A stretch of DNA of 64,000 nucleotides, from contig CP084167.1 of NCBI GenBank assembly GCA_021513715.1, positions 2,880,001-2,944,000 of the forward strand, in the 5' to 3' direction. The position numbers and the translations under genes are program-made. Source of the DNA: Candidatus Heimdallarchaeum endolithica. GTDB lineage: Archaea; Asgardarchaeota; Heimdallarchaeia; Heimdallarchaeales; Heimdallarchaeaceae. Below are positions 31,001 to 38,198 of the stretch, piece after piece; the stretch's first letter is position 1; each line of letters opens with the position of its first letter. The notes below the pieces were generated by a model that saw only the letters and a list, made by a program, of their open reading frames with translations, was not told where the DNA came from and ran no database searches.

Positions 31001-31945
31001 TTCGCTTGGTTTTTTGTTAGGATCAATTTCCAAAATTTGAAAGAATTCCTCAGCAACTTCCTTTCTCACTCCCATGAAGTCTTTTGATAAAAATTCGATT
31101 AGATCATTTGCAGAGGTTGCAGCTATTTTTGCTTTGAATTGAGTAATATCACAACCAAATGGGTGTAGTTGAATTACTTTTGGAGGATCTGGCATGTCAT
31201 CTACTACTTTTTGAAAAACTAGTTTTTCACTTGTTCCTTCTTCATCTCCAGGTAGTACTACAGTGAAACTAGCATAAGGGGTAATTATTGCTAATTGCTT
31301 AAAGTATTCTTTAATGCTGTTTTTTGCTAGATTCCAAGCTCCAGTGAAAGTTATACTTATCTCAGTTCCACTAGTATGTAAATATCCTTGGTCATCAGGA
31401 TAATATTCATGCTGCTCCATGATGACTGGTTCATTTTTTTCTAAATTAATCATTAAATGAACTTCATTTGTCATTTCTTCCATGAAGTATCTGCTTTTTA
31501 TTCTTGCAGGAAGATCAACTGAAGACATAGAGTGAATTAAACACATCTTGGCTCCTAAACCAAATCTTCCTCTAGTTTGAATCACTCCATATTTTGTCCC
31601 TGTTAATACTCGACCAAAAAGGTTCGGAATCTCGTGACCTGGAACACCTACACCATTATCTCTGCATGTTAACTGAAGAAAATCAAGATGTTTTTCTAAT
31701 TGTTTATATCTAGTAATATCTAATAATTCATTAATTTCAGAACTAGTTAGTTTTCTTAATTCAACATATATTTCTGGATTTACACCTAGTTTTTCAGCTG
31801 CATCTAAACCATTTTCAACTAACTCTCTAACTGATGTGAAAACAGCTCGCATTGAATTACCAAAACCTGCAATAGCCTTATTTTCATTAAAAAAAGCAGC
31901 TGCACTCATTTTTCGTGTTTTATTTTCTTCAGTCACAAAATTCAC
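19031..31945 (-). CDS. top6B: Giant DNA topoisomerase VI subunit B (GHKL + transducer + long HhH-like repeat array + basic tail), 4304 aa
   Basis: RELVENGLDA, DNGVG, TGTKY..QTRGRFGLG, RYANRIPL, PFPETSKE in aa 1-~545; uninterrupted frame; 10 bp upstream of top6A. Confidence 0.9.
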   Translation of the reverse strand: MNFVTEENKTRKMSAAAFFNENKAIAGFGNSMRAVFTSVRELVENGLDAAEKLGVNPEIYVELRKLTSSEINELLDITRYKQLEKHLDFLQLTCRDNGVGVPGHEIPNLFGRVLTGTKYGVIQTRGRFGLGAKMCLIHSMSSVDLPARIKSRYFMEEMTNEVHLMINLEKNEPVIMEQHEYYPDDQGYLHTSGTEISITFTGAWNLAKNSIKEYFKQLAIITPYASFTVVLPGDEEGTSEKLVFQKVVDDMPDPPKVIQLHPFGCDITQFKAKIAATSANDLIEFLSKDFMGVRKEVAEEFFQILEIDPNKKPSELTSKEIRRIVHEGFIKAYQEAKEIKRKRDRIFRFDAPQGDALSPLGAARLRKGLEKELEPEFVEAISRPPKAYSGHPFIVEAAIGYGGGVSKYAQQKGSTSVDNKIIYRYANRIPLIFGAGNDVITKVVSSLNWSEYGLTRQSDPLAIAVSIVSTKIPFPETSKEYISTVPEIEEEIRLALQQLGRRLKTFLSRAKRRKREHARLSRFVRSAPVVIDNLARILENEKIVYTNINKEKYKVAAALAHGAKKKIRNFVPLGTPIFELNVWCPDKYKNNCAKNNILTIGKFLSIPISELSTILNLSKKEVSRIKQRTIYELDRSKLSPELPLKALTNKTIDKRFARGTSSSFNEALYQRWIQNSYHYLATEATQLRFVEGLVERLIEGNKFKLISEITKSQNSEETVDLSSFIQEFKFNLDTMSAYSELKEEFLYPDFNYVKTTYPNFSNKFRGLEDFIFKFNEPFSYKYENDLTEILIDYIKKVFSHISQKFPEFLKTNITKMKPDWIDGYTKNAFHRRKIETIKNFLEKPTKDLLEIKELERSIYTRFFTILANTEKSIPLSKLKLISTIDDSTKKSILDIFKSVNIDTLAQYANAKLRTLMKKELAIFVDSLLEESKLRILTHLNETNRDLDLSHLKVINEKAEERLLENKIFTSTSFLITPSKRLREMGLLKSEIARIKKKIGTPIPNFLSLKSKANKYEIYTVEDLIYSNPEDFGFEDEQTKNQYISDYLLLRTPLIFAFPELNEKINVLNEVGVNCIGRFLIWSNKELSLILNLNEEEIIRLKQSISADKVKKNKQLYKGNLKIIKKHFPRLVKQFNEQQTTIQELFYFYIEEELPPISEFLSKMNNFQEFMNEDILFLTKLAPTKAKAKSLNDAILKLKTKDVNTIRDFLQLTPAFIETEISKNKDRKVLLEFYDNINSKNLKVSDDFSEKVLLSQEIIDFYQFLQLPITRIKGLKLKDYEVLASKKIYSLHQFFNYSFDELRTLLNFSKKSFDELINNFDLNRDGQPFYEKVASGKYVSTISFDFENSERFSPEEILSLLVIGYNSIDKLFYLTHPYTFGATIIKWGVIEKFKKLLRSPLTLVTWEKTVKKKILNEETKQEKEVDEVEITSLSHEQLNALRKTGIRRIIDFFLVSDEKIASILKIDLEEAKKYKKNIRISETGTDISELDIFRPSIVETLETNNIFTIEDLYFSTQQEKWAINTIPWEIIQNLKNVLNLRFKHLSDMLDPDIITLLKKNKINTLLGFLLTSSKVLMERTGVPDERFDNIKRSLDLGEIFYFFSLPVYFLPKLSFSQTEELRKADILTIVDFVSTSSVKLSSILNISTKEIKEIIDILTSQRIREEYETRAIYAYETKLFDKNEQRTLSRETIYSYEGFQSIQELFYCPDEVFIDRKSSIWRKVFTLKKILSLPLRIFQEISDYSLTIFNQNKISHLYHLIFILDNDLTDRTLFRTVSDYSSKLIDMRAYHYFDFISATAYNKDFFSSILDDIEESSLLDVISSTDLIKTLSEFERQLAFEKCNITLIRSVFELPLGITPFLNFLNEETRNDFSTVTLGILFELEFEESSPLLEIKNKLREENSLDKLIGDLSIPISSLNLDANLALPLSRSSITTLIDFYSTPTKKLSEISNETQKRINEIKENLSYGEIVELHRTRSHPIMPSSLITESEISKLQEIGISDIETLYYAGVRMGASSILKKEKYKEFKELLSGSITFLSFLSFEEIKKLELHDIHSVIDLSLFEKGQLSQILNNPIYNEFHIFDLLSLDELKEKRLSFAIPLENCPSITDEYVEKLHELGIYSIQDFISRMSEIRKSYPYLVNMNVFKEAKLYLSSVFFLDLELEQMLKLVYSGVGDILTFLTEDITTISLILDIPEAEIIKIKENVSVKKIQKEVAEKGVKLESLTLLSKRNLMTLQKLNKETVQDLYSLSYQIKSFSDEFEENIDVFLSLCNSSIFRISNLSRFIKRTLAKNRILRVIDLFTVREKDLKSILNFIPEELKEKRKGNISLSSGIPILEEDKELMSALTNFKFNLSKASFEDIFGLVPEYLLIFSESEKIEKASSIAKLEEFIYGLSLNIFSIPEISLDVKLDLWKNEVKNIIELLTLSSEEKRSIPSNARTEIIRFVKEFSKEKLVNLIPKDHLDILSNKNDKLNIKTSLDVINLLDLLPQPFVIGSQILFNNSESLTNKVKYPIIWLDKFSQIEQLEFLRKLIKENKKLILDLLLLPPEKINTEMAEYLVSSLSDFQIPKWAIKLHDVKFLTKEQKLALKKIKIDYLDQLLCLQDYSLEDKNLATIKKTLSLFGSTPTSFLNSLSLQQNSILLNNKINTILEFLTIPSASLSQLFGIEFKEIKTIKSQINKQDIISELKIYGIDLNLLPSLTEEEITGEGKLPLIKKREAKEGTSLKTIEKPEISTIKHLNENEIYSLIQLFYQDVNQIEISKEEKEKLIVNFPVLFTPIKTIERIFGISIINVESSLKNKNTYYDYLHIPIYLWESYLPELNKMIKENNSLFIRNLSSLQFSTLDIANLKLNKSLVQKLYNLGVFSIEYLYYFPEEFFSNLPDSYLEEIRNIRMKLCRNINNLPILTLSTIEYCYSKNIIHIIDVISSIQNLKDEMVDEILSSLSTLKNLQLEQFSPPLTSYEEKIMKLGYLSYQELLGDINLKDKNIFAEISPYLLANIRYLGLEEKLETNLKKGGIYTIADLLLIPYKTLAHKSRIKLDQILKLRSSIKIENIKNAIEHDKPNHLVDLPFLSEKEKDILSSYGFYSFSDLEENSIYSWLYDIKKINKIKTKIKQILDTSILFLGAINSLEFEEIETKYFDNNLFTVKDLIKNDKLINLGGYSTIISNLIKDKKKTLSLTLKTGDFLGTINSKDLFSKNIEIPDISNIIDLISVLYMNKQTLTKKGLEILNLLNSSISIVTDFTEKEIEKLNEHKIETLKDLLIKPISYSSFLTEKQLEKVNRVLSTLNLNTIRKLRDKRVQLSNIMLFDSETKKELLKYYTVVDDLIYDLSKKHSRLRSKLRNNVLKILNKSIYLISFPQLPLENWLKLLSKVSTIQEMLLLSKSDLAKIIDTKNSEVDTFLSKITISRISNPPALKTNIVLQDFDIAELRENSIKNYLDLFENTDVFSNLSPSLRTKIELLQKLSSRYFDEKLPNLSFQQLVFFNMHHDSLKVDSQVSKRLLDIYSFIFSKPTKLEEKLNLPEEDEQKIQHTLESLLLLEKYDKKKFDNITSSFPENITLHFNEYLQFLNRHIILLVGESFENKKKYKQYGNLTIGDLILKPKYQLNQIIDDNKLIRQIRNLSLETLRTLASKLTPIPETILDKTELDVLSQGHIFSIEEAYIFNLVSKSKTSKRWKITEKLRLRIEQKIYSLPLVFESKETFKLLLKNNIKTVYDLLLLNKSTDITVLKNFLSQIPFHNLDSLTAQSNSKLIEFVNDKEIINELNKNDINSLGELIALFEEKNISDLSMKVKDVLSCFRASLALFIRQKNILSQLSKRGYEQIYDLFFLQNIDDLHIKFTEKQHAEFTELLHSLNMTKVKEQLELNSYRIKDLGLFSDTEKSILENGGFSHIIHLSVSDKRIKEQTELTIKQISTLKELLSYPIYSFYALMQDKPNSIFKLYHKQKYSLWDVFNTRINELTEITNITERQLKNYFATLTPQSLKIAKKGKTQIVKNTPFMSSETILKLKEIGIYSFEELIFADNRVKKKDTFKNENVQKLQKLIEEPIEKLDVKQGIRNKLKSLGINTIGEFIVYPTSQLEGKLEMTYNDIKKIKQSIPFVKNKTSTTAKKTTTAKKTTTKKTTATAKKPSTTAKKTTATAKKPSTTAKKTTATAKKTTTKKTTTAKKTTATAKKPSTTAKKTTAAKKTTTAKKPSTTAKKKPSTTAKKTTTAKKTTTKKTTTAKKTTTKKTTATAKKTTTKKTTATAKKTTTKKTTATAKKPSTTAKKTTAKRTKQTTLDEITADKKIESKKRSTK
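19105..19612 (-). repeat. Coding tandem repeat giving a (T/A)2-4-KK / KKPSTTAKK low-complexity tail
   Basis: Shuffled units ttctttgctgttgttgt, gtacttggttttttt and gctgttgct over ~0.5 kb. Confidence 0.95.
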
Positions 31946-32083
31946 TCCTTATATTCCGAATTAATGTATACTCATACATTTTTTTTCCATTATTTAAAGA
32001 TAAACTAATTGTTTTAATAATTTAGCGCTTTAGGATTAAATTAAAAAAAATGCAATAATAGAATAAAAAATAGAAAAAAAAGA

Positions 32084-35014
32084 TTAATTTTCCTTACGGA
32101 ACAATTGTTGCTTAACTGGTTCTGCATTAATTGTTAGAGAAGATACAATTATACCTAGTGTTAGAATGAATAAGGCAGCAAAAGCTCCTCCGGTTCTATA
32201 AGAATCTGCTCTTCCTATTATTGAGAGGAAATCATTCTCGATATGTTTGGCAAGGTTTTCTGTAGAATAGAGCATATCTTCAAGCCAGAATAAGTTTGCC
32301 ATATCTGCAGTAAGTTTAGGATAAGTTTGATGCCATGTTCTATACTTATACTGAACATCTTCAGTGTTTTCTACTGCATCCTCATCTAAAAATGGATAAT
32401 ATTCTACGTATTGACCTGCATAGGTATTATATTGTACTCTATCTCTTCGTTCGAGAATTGTACCAGTTGTTGGGTCAGTGAAAATTTGTTGGAAGTGGAA
32501 TTCATCACGTATAGAACCAGGAAATGTGTGAGTAATATAAATATCATCATTCTTCCAATCTGTACCATAAATTTCGTTCCATCTTCCTACATGAACAAAA
32601 CTTTCATTTAGATAATCTGCATACTCTTGCCAATATAAGTCATATTGATCTACTTGTAGATAAGGTTGTTGTGTGTCTGCATAGTAAATGTATGCATCTC
32701 TTCCATACATGATTGTTTTATCTCTAGCAGAATCAAAGATAAAGGGACGGAAGAAGTATTCAACCCATCTTTGTGTAAATCCTCTTACTGTATTTGGAGG
32801 TAAAGCATTTAATGCATAAGTCTCACTGAATGGATCAAATTCCACTGTTTTCATTGGCCAATTATTTAATTGGACGAAAGAAGCTTTATCCCAAACTTCA
32901 ACAAATGTTCTTAATTCATCTCTATGTAGCACATCACTAAATGAACCTGAAGAGTAAGTTACATGTATTAAACCTTTAGAACCATCAGCTAAGTAAATGT
33001 TATTGCCAGAAGCGTAAACATCAAATGCTTCTCCATCGCTGTCGTAAGTTGCTAAACTGGATAAGGAATTGACGTTAGAAGCATCTACTACAATTAACCC
33101 ATTTTCTCCTGCAGTTAGGTATAATAAATCATTGTCTTCGTATATATTAAAGAAACCATCAGAAGTACCAAAGTCATATGTTTCAATTTGTGTTAAAGTG
33201 TTTCCACTAATTGAATAGACTACAAGTCCTAAAGTAGCATCAAGAACATATAATGTTGAACCATCCAACAGTAATTGTGTTGCTCCAGGAAGAGAGACGT
33301 TTACTAATGAATCTAATGTTGAAGCATCAAAAACTTCTATTCCTCGACCTTGTTCAACAGCATAAACTTTTGTTCCATCAGTATTAATTGCAATAACAGG
33401 CGAATCAGTTTCTTTAAGGGTATTCAAGGAAATATCTCCACCATTTGTTGTTAGTTTAGCTAATCCATATTGTCCCATAGCAACGAATAATGAGGATTTT
33501 GTAGGATTATATTCAAGATCTAAAGCGTTTACATTTCCTCCGTTAGTCCAAACATTAATTTGTTCTATCTCTGAAAGATCAGCTAAATTTAATGAAACTA
33601 ATCCTTTTTCACCAGCTGCTACATATCCAAAATCGCCATATAAACTAGTTTCAAAAGCAATATCCTTGAAAGAGTAACCTTGTAATCTGTATCCTCCAAT
33701 TCCTAAAAATAAGGGGCTGGAAGTATTTACTATTCTGAAACCTCTGTTTCCTTCGATCACATAAGCGAAATCTCCATTCATCTCAACCTTGTAACTTTGT
33801 GATTTTTCAAAGGTGGGGATATTGCCAATTGCAATTATTTCATCTACTCTTGTAATATTTTCTCTGCCTGTTTTTACAGCGTATAATAAGTCTGTAGAAG
33901 GATCAAAGGTTTCGAATGATTGATTAACCAAGAAAGGATATTTTCTTCCTCCAAGGAGAGGATCTTCAATCCCTGTAACCCACTCTGTTGCTGTTCTTTC
34001 GCAAATATAAGATATTTTTCTGTCGTATAACCAAGTTAATGCAGGAGTACCTGTAAGATATCTAATGTATGAAGCGAAAGATTGAGCTTGTTTTAGTTCT
34101 TCTGGTGTATCAATATCATAAATTTCTGCTAACTTTTGTGTAACGTTAACAGTGAGAATTGAGGAGTCATAGCTTAAACCTTGAACTAAATCAAGGAAGT
34201 ATTTCATAGACCCAGCTTCTCCAGTGAATAGAGAATAGTCATGACCATCTGCAGTTAATGCATTAAAGAGAATTTTGTAGGCTGTCTCACTATCAAAATT
34301 AAGATCTGTGTGATCAGGACGTGAATTAATCCACATGTGAGGGCTATACTTAATGCTGTAAATTAGGTCATTATCTTGTGCATAATCTTTATTTAGTACA
34401 ATTTTAGCAATTTCGCTGTTATTGTATCCTAATTCTTCTAATTCACTTCGAATCATAAAACTTGCAACATAAGCTTGTAAACCATACTCTGAACCATTAC
34501 CGAAATTCTTTACATAATATGGCCAGAGGTAGTTATAATTAACAATTTTCTCATTACCTGTTAATGTTGAAAGCGTTTTGTTTAAAGTGTATTGCTTCCG
34601 TTCAGTGTAAACAACATAATCATTTTCTTCACTATAATCAACTATAAATTTCTTCATTTCTAAGTCAAATACTAGTTTTCCTGGAATTCCTATGTAAGTA
34701 ACTGGCGTATTTTTGTACAGGTATGCATTTCTGTCACTTATGTTGTAAAATTCTATATAGGTATGAGCGTAATAATTACTATCATCAGAGTATTTACCAA
34801 CATACATCCAATCAGAGTAATTGTCGCTTCCTCCTTCGTAAGGATCAAGGTCGTCTTCTGTAATCATACCATAGTTACTTAGTTTCTCTTCTATTTGATT
34901 ATTGATTCTGATAGTTTGAATTGGTAACATTACGCCAACTGCGATAGCTGATCCAGAAGTTAAAATTAAAATAAATATTCCTAACATTATACGGAATTTT
35001 TTCTGCATAGTCAT
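32084..35014 (-). CDS. CD36/scavenger-receptor-class-B-like membrane protein with inserted LVIVD-type beta-propeller
   Basis: N- and C-terminal TM helices; CD36-like blocks GSDNYSDW, EFYNIS, RTATEWVTGIEDPLL, VKTGRENIT, DPTTGTILERRDRVQYN, FWLED; internal AYVxxGxxGLxxxD repeats. Confidence 0.72.
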   Translation of the reverse strand: MTMQKKFRIMLGIFILILTSGSAIAVGVMLPIQTIRINNQIEEKLSNYGMITEDDLDPYEGGSDNYSDWMYVGKYSDDSNYYAHTYIEFYNISDRNAYLYKNTPVTYIGIPGKLVFDLEMKKFIVDYSEENDYVVYTERKQYTLNKTLSTLTGNEKIVNYNYLWPYYVKNFGNGSEYGLQAYVASFMIRSELEELGYNNSEIAKIVLNKDYAQDNDLIYSIKYSPHMWINSRPDHTDLNFDSETAYKILFNALTADGHDYSLFTGEAGSMKYFLDLVQGLSYDSSILTVNVTQKLAEIYDIDTPEELKQAQSFASYIRYLTGTPALTWLYDRKISYICERTATEWVTGIEDPLLGGRKYPFLVNQSFETFDPSTDLLYAVKTGRENITRVDEIIAIGNIPTFEKSQSYKVEMNGDFAYVIEGNRGFRIVNTSSPLFLGIGGYRLQGYSFKDIAFETSLYGDFGYVAAGEKGLVSLNLADLSEIEQINVWTNGGNVNALDLEYNPTKSSLFVAMGQYGLAKLTTNGGDISLNTLKETDSPVIAINTDGTKVYAVEQGRGIEVFDASTLDSLVNVSLPGATQLLLDGSTLYVLDATLGLVVYSISGNTLTQIETYDFGTSDGFFNIYEDNDLLYLTAGENGLIVVDASNVNSLSSLATYDSDGEAFDVYASGNNIYLADGSKGLIHVTYSSGSFSDVLHRDELRTFVEVWDKASFVQLNNWPMKTVEFDPFSETYALNALPPNTVRGFTQRWVEYFFRPFIFDSARDKTIMYGRDAYIYYADTQQPYLQVDQYDLYWQEYADYLNESFVHVGRWNEIYGTDWKNDDIYITHTFPGSIRDEFHFQQIFTDPTTGTILERRDRVQYNTYAGQYVEYYPFLDEDAVENTEDVQYKYRTWHQTYPKLTADMANLFWLEDMLYSTENLAKHIENDFLSIIGRADSYRTGGAFAALFILTLGIIVSSLTINAEPVKQQLFRKEN

Positions 35015-35252
35015 TTTCCTCGCAACAATATCTGTTTATGCTTCCGTCTCTTATGTCTATTTAAATGTAATGACATATTCACTAGACATATTGGACTAGA
35101 GACATTATCAGTGCAACGGAGAAATAAACAATTATATATTTTGTGTATGTGTTTTTTTTTAAGGAATCATATATTTAAAAGAATTTACAATATAATATGC
35201 GAAAAAATTTAAATTTTTAAGAAAGAGAAAAGAAAGAGAAATTAAGCAAATA

Positions 35253-36518
35253 TTATTCTTCTTTTACTTCGTCTTCATTTTCTATTGTAACATTCTCTTC
35301 TATTAGATAATGTTCCTTCTCAAACAGAGTGTCATATGACGATAAAAAGGAGGTACTAACAAGTTCTCCATTAGAATCATACTCTTTTATAATTGCTTTG
35401 TTTAATATTTTGAATGAATCAAGAATTTCTTGGGGAATAGTAATGAAAGAAAATATTCCTCTAATGACTGTTCCCCTTCTTCTATTGCTATTTATAGCAA
35501 AAAAAACATCTTTATTTGAGTATTTTTGTCTAAAAATCTTGTAGTTTGATACAGATAAACCATCGTTAGTTGTTTGGATACAGATAAAACCTCTTAAAGG
35601 TGGTTTATCAATTGGAATGTTTGTTGCTAAATTCTCAACTTTTAATAGATTTGAAAAATCATTAATTTGTTCGTAGATGTCGTAGGAGACTAGAGAACAA
35701 AGACCTTTTGCATCTTGAAAAACATGTTGAAAATCTGATAAGTCGTAGGTATAAAAGTCATTCTTTGAGATAGAAGATATCATAATATCAACTATTACAT
35801 TCATTACTCTATCTCTAAGTTTTGTTTTCAATTCAAGATAACCACTAGACGGATTATTTTCAACTAATTTATTATGGTCTAATAAGATGAAAGGAATTAA
35901 GACATTTTCTAAATTTATCAAATAAGAAATAAAACCTAATAAAGAAATTTTCTCGCTTAAATTTTGCCCTTCTATTGGTTTTTCAAGGACAACTATTGGA
36001 GTTTTCCCTTTTTCTTTAATAATAGGTAGGAGTTCCATTAACATTCCTAATAGAAAACTATCATTTCCAGTGAAAATAAAAACAATTGAAGCATCTTCTA
36101 CAGTATTTACGATCTTCTGTGAAATACTAGATTGATTTTCATCAAACCACTTTTTACCCAAAAGAAAAGTAGAATTTATAATATCTCTGTTAGGTAAACG
36201 GATAAAATGATTCTTGTTTTCATATTTATTCAATGTTTCTTCATTAGCAAATAATAAGGAATTGCTTTTTTTTATTCTCTTAACAAGAAAAGAATAGAAT
36301 TCACAACCTTCTCCCAAAAACAAAAATGCATAATTTTTTAGTTTCTCTTCCCCTTCAAAAAATAGAGTATCAGATAGTTCAGAACCAAAAAAAGGATTTT
36401 CATCATTTTTGTTATCTACAATAATTCTTTGAAATTCAAATTTGTACAATGGGTTGAACTTTTGTTTTCTTGTCCCTAAACTTGATTTTTTTCTTTTGAA
36501 TATTTTTTTCAAACTCAT
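35253..36518 (-). CDS. Degenerate tubulin/FtsZ-fold protein lacking the GGGTGS loop
   Basis: FtsZ-like order of elements (FLFLGEG, GKKWFDEN..I, DASIVFIF, VVLEKP..EG, ILLDHNKL, YDLSDF..VF); colinear with 39520..40659. Confidence 0.6.
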   Translation of the reverse strand: MSLKKIFKRKKSSLGTRKQKFNPLYKFEFQRIIVDNKNDENPFFGSELSDTLFFEGEEKLKNYAFLFLGEGCEFYSFLVKRIKKSNSLLFANEETLNKYENKNHFIRLPNRDIINSTFLLGKKWFDENQSSISQKIVNTVEDASIVFIFTGNDSFLLGMLMELLPIIKEKGKTPIVVLEKPIEGQNLSEKISLLGFISYLINLENVLIPFILLDHNKLVENNPSSGYLELKTKLRDRVMNVIVDIMISSISKNDFYTYDLSDFQHVFQDAKGLCSLVSYDIYEQINDFSNLLKVENLATNIPIDKPPLRGFICIQTTNDGLSVSNYKIFRQKYSNKDVFFAINSNRRRGTVIRGIFSFITIPQEILDSFKILNKAIIKEYDSNGELVSTSFLSSYDTLFEKEHYLIEENVTIENEDEVKEE

Positions 36519-36587
36519 TTTGCAACACTTAACGAAACTTCATTTTATATTTTATTTATTGCTTTTTATTTCTATCGAAATGCAATG

Positions 36588-38000
36588 TTAATGTTTTCCT
36601 GCAAGTACTTCATTTGTATTAAATACTTGAATTGTGTTAGTTTTTCTTGGAATACCTAAATAACTTCCCCCTACTAATACAACTATATCATCATCCTTCA
36701 AATGTCCTTCGTTAATTAGACTTGAAATACAAGTGTAAACAAGTTGGTCGTAATCAGTTTCATATGTATGAAAAATAGGTTTCACTCCCCAATAAAGTTG
36801 CACTCTCCTCAATGTCCTTTTTTCTGGTGTAGAGGCAAATATAGGTAAACGCAATCTATATTTTGAAACCATCTGAGAACTATACCCTGTGCGTGTAAGT
36901 GCAATTATAGCTTTTGCAGAGAGGTTTTGAGCAATATCAACAGCAGCTTTTCCAATTGACTCTTCTATATTTTTTGCTTTACATTTTGGAATAAAAATAA
37001 GTTCGCTTTTTTCTGCTTCTCGAATTATTTGGTCCATTACTCTAATTACATTAACAGGATGGATACCTGTGGCTGTTTCTGCAGACAACATTACAGCGTC
37101 AGCTCCATCAAAAACAGCGTGAGCAACGTCACTAGCTTCAGCACGAGTTGGAATAGGTTCAATTGTCATTGATTCCAACATCTGTGTAGCAACAATTACA
37201 GGTTTACCAAGTTGCATTCCCATTTGAATGTATTGCTTTTGTAAAACAGGTACTTTTTCAGGACCAATTTCAATTCCTAAATCACCTCTAGCAACCATTA
37301 GTCCATCACAATTTTCCATGATGGATTTAATGTTTTTTACAGCATCAATATGCTCAATCTTTGCAATTATTGGGATATATTGTGATGTTGATGACTTTAT
37401 TATCTCCTTTATCTTTTTGATGTCTTCAACATCTCTTACGAAACTTATGAATAGATAATCTGCTTCTAGTTCACAAGCCTTTTCAATGTCTATTATGTCT
37501 TTTTTAGTTGGAACATGTAAAGTTAAATTTGAATCTGGAACGTTGACTCCTTTCCTTGTTGATATTATCCCTCCATCTCTAACAACACATTTAATTAAAT
37601 TTCCATCTATCTCCAAAACTTCTAGTTTTACTAATCCATCATTAATAAAAATAGGTGAACCTATTTTTACTTCTTTGTATAGATCTTTATAATTAACTGA
37701 AAAGTAGTTTTTTGTACTAATTATCGATTCGTCGTTTGTTATTGTCACCTTTTCACCAATTTCTAGTGAAACTGACTCTTTGAACTTTCCAATACGTATC
37801 TTAGGACCTGCTATGTCAATAGCTATTGCAATATTAGGGCAATTTTCTCTAATTCTGTTAAAAACTGTTTCATGCTCTTGATGTGTTCCATGGGAAAAGT
37901 TCAATCTAGCAATATTCATTCCTGTTTTTTCCATTTTTTTCAGCATTTCCACAGAATCAGATGATGGACCAATAGTACAAACAATTTTAGTCATTCTCAA
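36588..38000 (-). CDS. pyk: Pyruvate kinase
   Basis: TKIVCTIGP, RLNFSHG, GPKIR, IAKIE, MVARGDLG, ATQMLESM, MLSAET. Confidence 0.97.
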   Translation of the reverse strand: MRMTKIVCTIGPSSDSVEMLKKMEKTGMNIARLNFSHGTHQEHETVFNRIRENCPNIAIAIDIAGPKIRIGKFKESVSLEIGEKVTITNDESIISTKNYFSVNYKDLYKEVKIGSPIFINDGLVKLEVLEIDGNLIKCVVRDGGIISTRKGVNVPDSNLTLHVPTKKDIIDIEKACELEADYLFISFVRDVEDIKKIKEIIKSSTSQYIPIIAKIEHIDAVKNIKSIMENCDGLMVARGDLGIEIGPEKVPVLQKQYIQMGMQLGKPVIVATQMLESMTIEPIPTRAEASDVAHAVFDGADAVMLSAETATGIHPVNVIRVMDQIIREAEKSELIFIPKCKAKNIEESIGKAAVDIAQNLSAKAIIALTRTGYSSQMVSKYRLRLPIFASTPEKRTLRRVQLYWGVKPIFHTYETDYDQLVYTCISSLINEGHLKDDDIVVLVGGSYLGIPRKTNTIQVFNTNEVLAGKH

Positions 38001-38198
38001 TGTTAATCGTCTAAGTATTCGTTTTTCTACTTAAAAGATTATGTGTTTTTGGAATTGAAGAAAACTCTTTCAATTTTAATCAATAGTTCTACATTATGTT
38101 TTTTTAGCTAAAGAACAAATAAGTTTTACAGGAATTCCTTATTAGTTATTGTTCTTCTTGCGAAAGTTTAAAAATGTGAATTTACTCTTTTCATTGAA

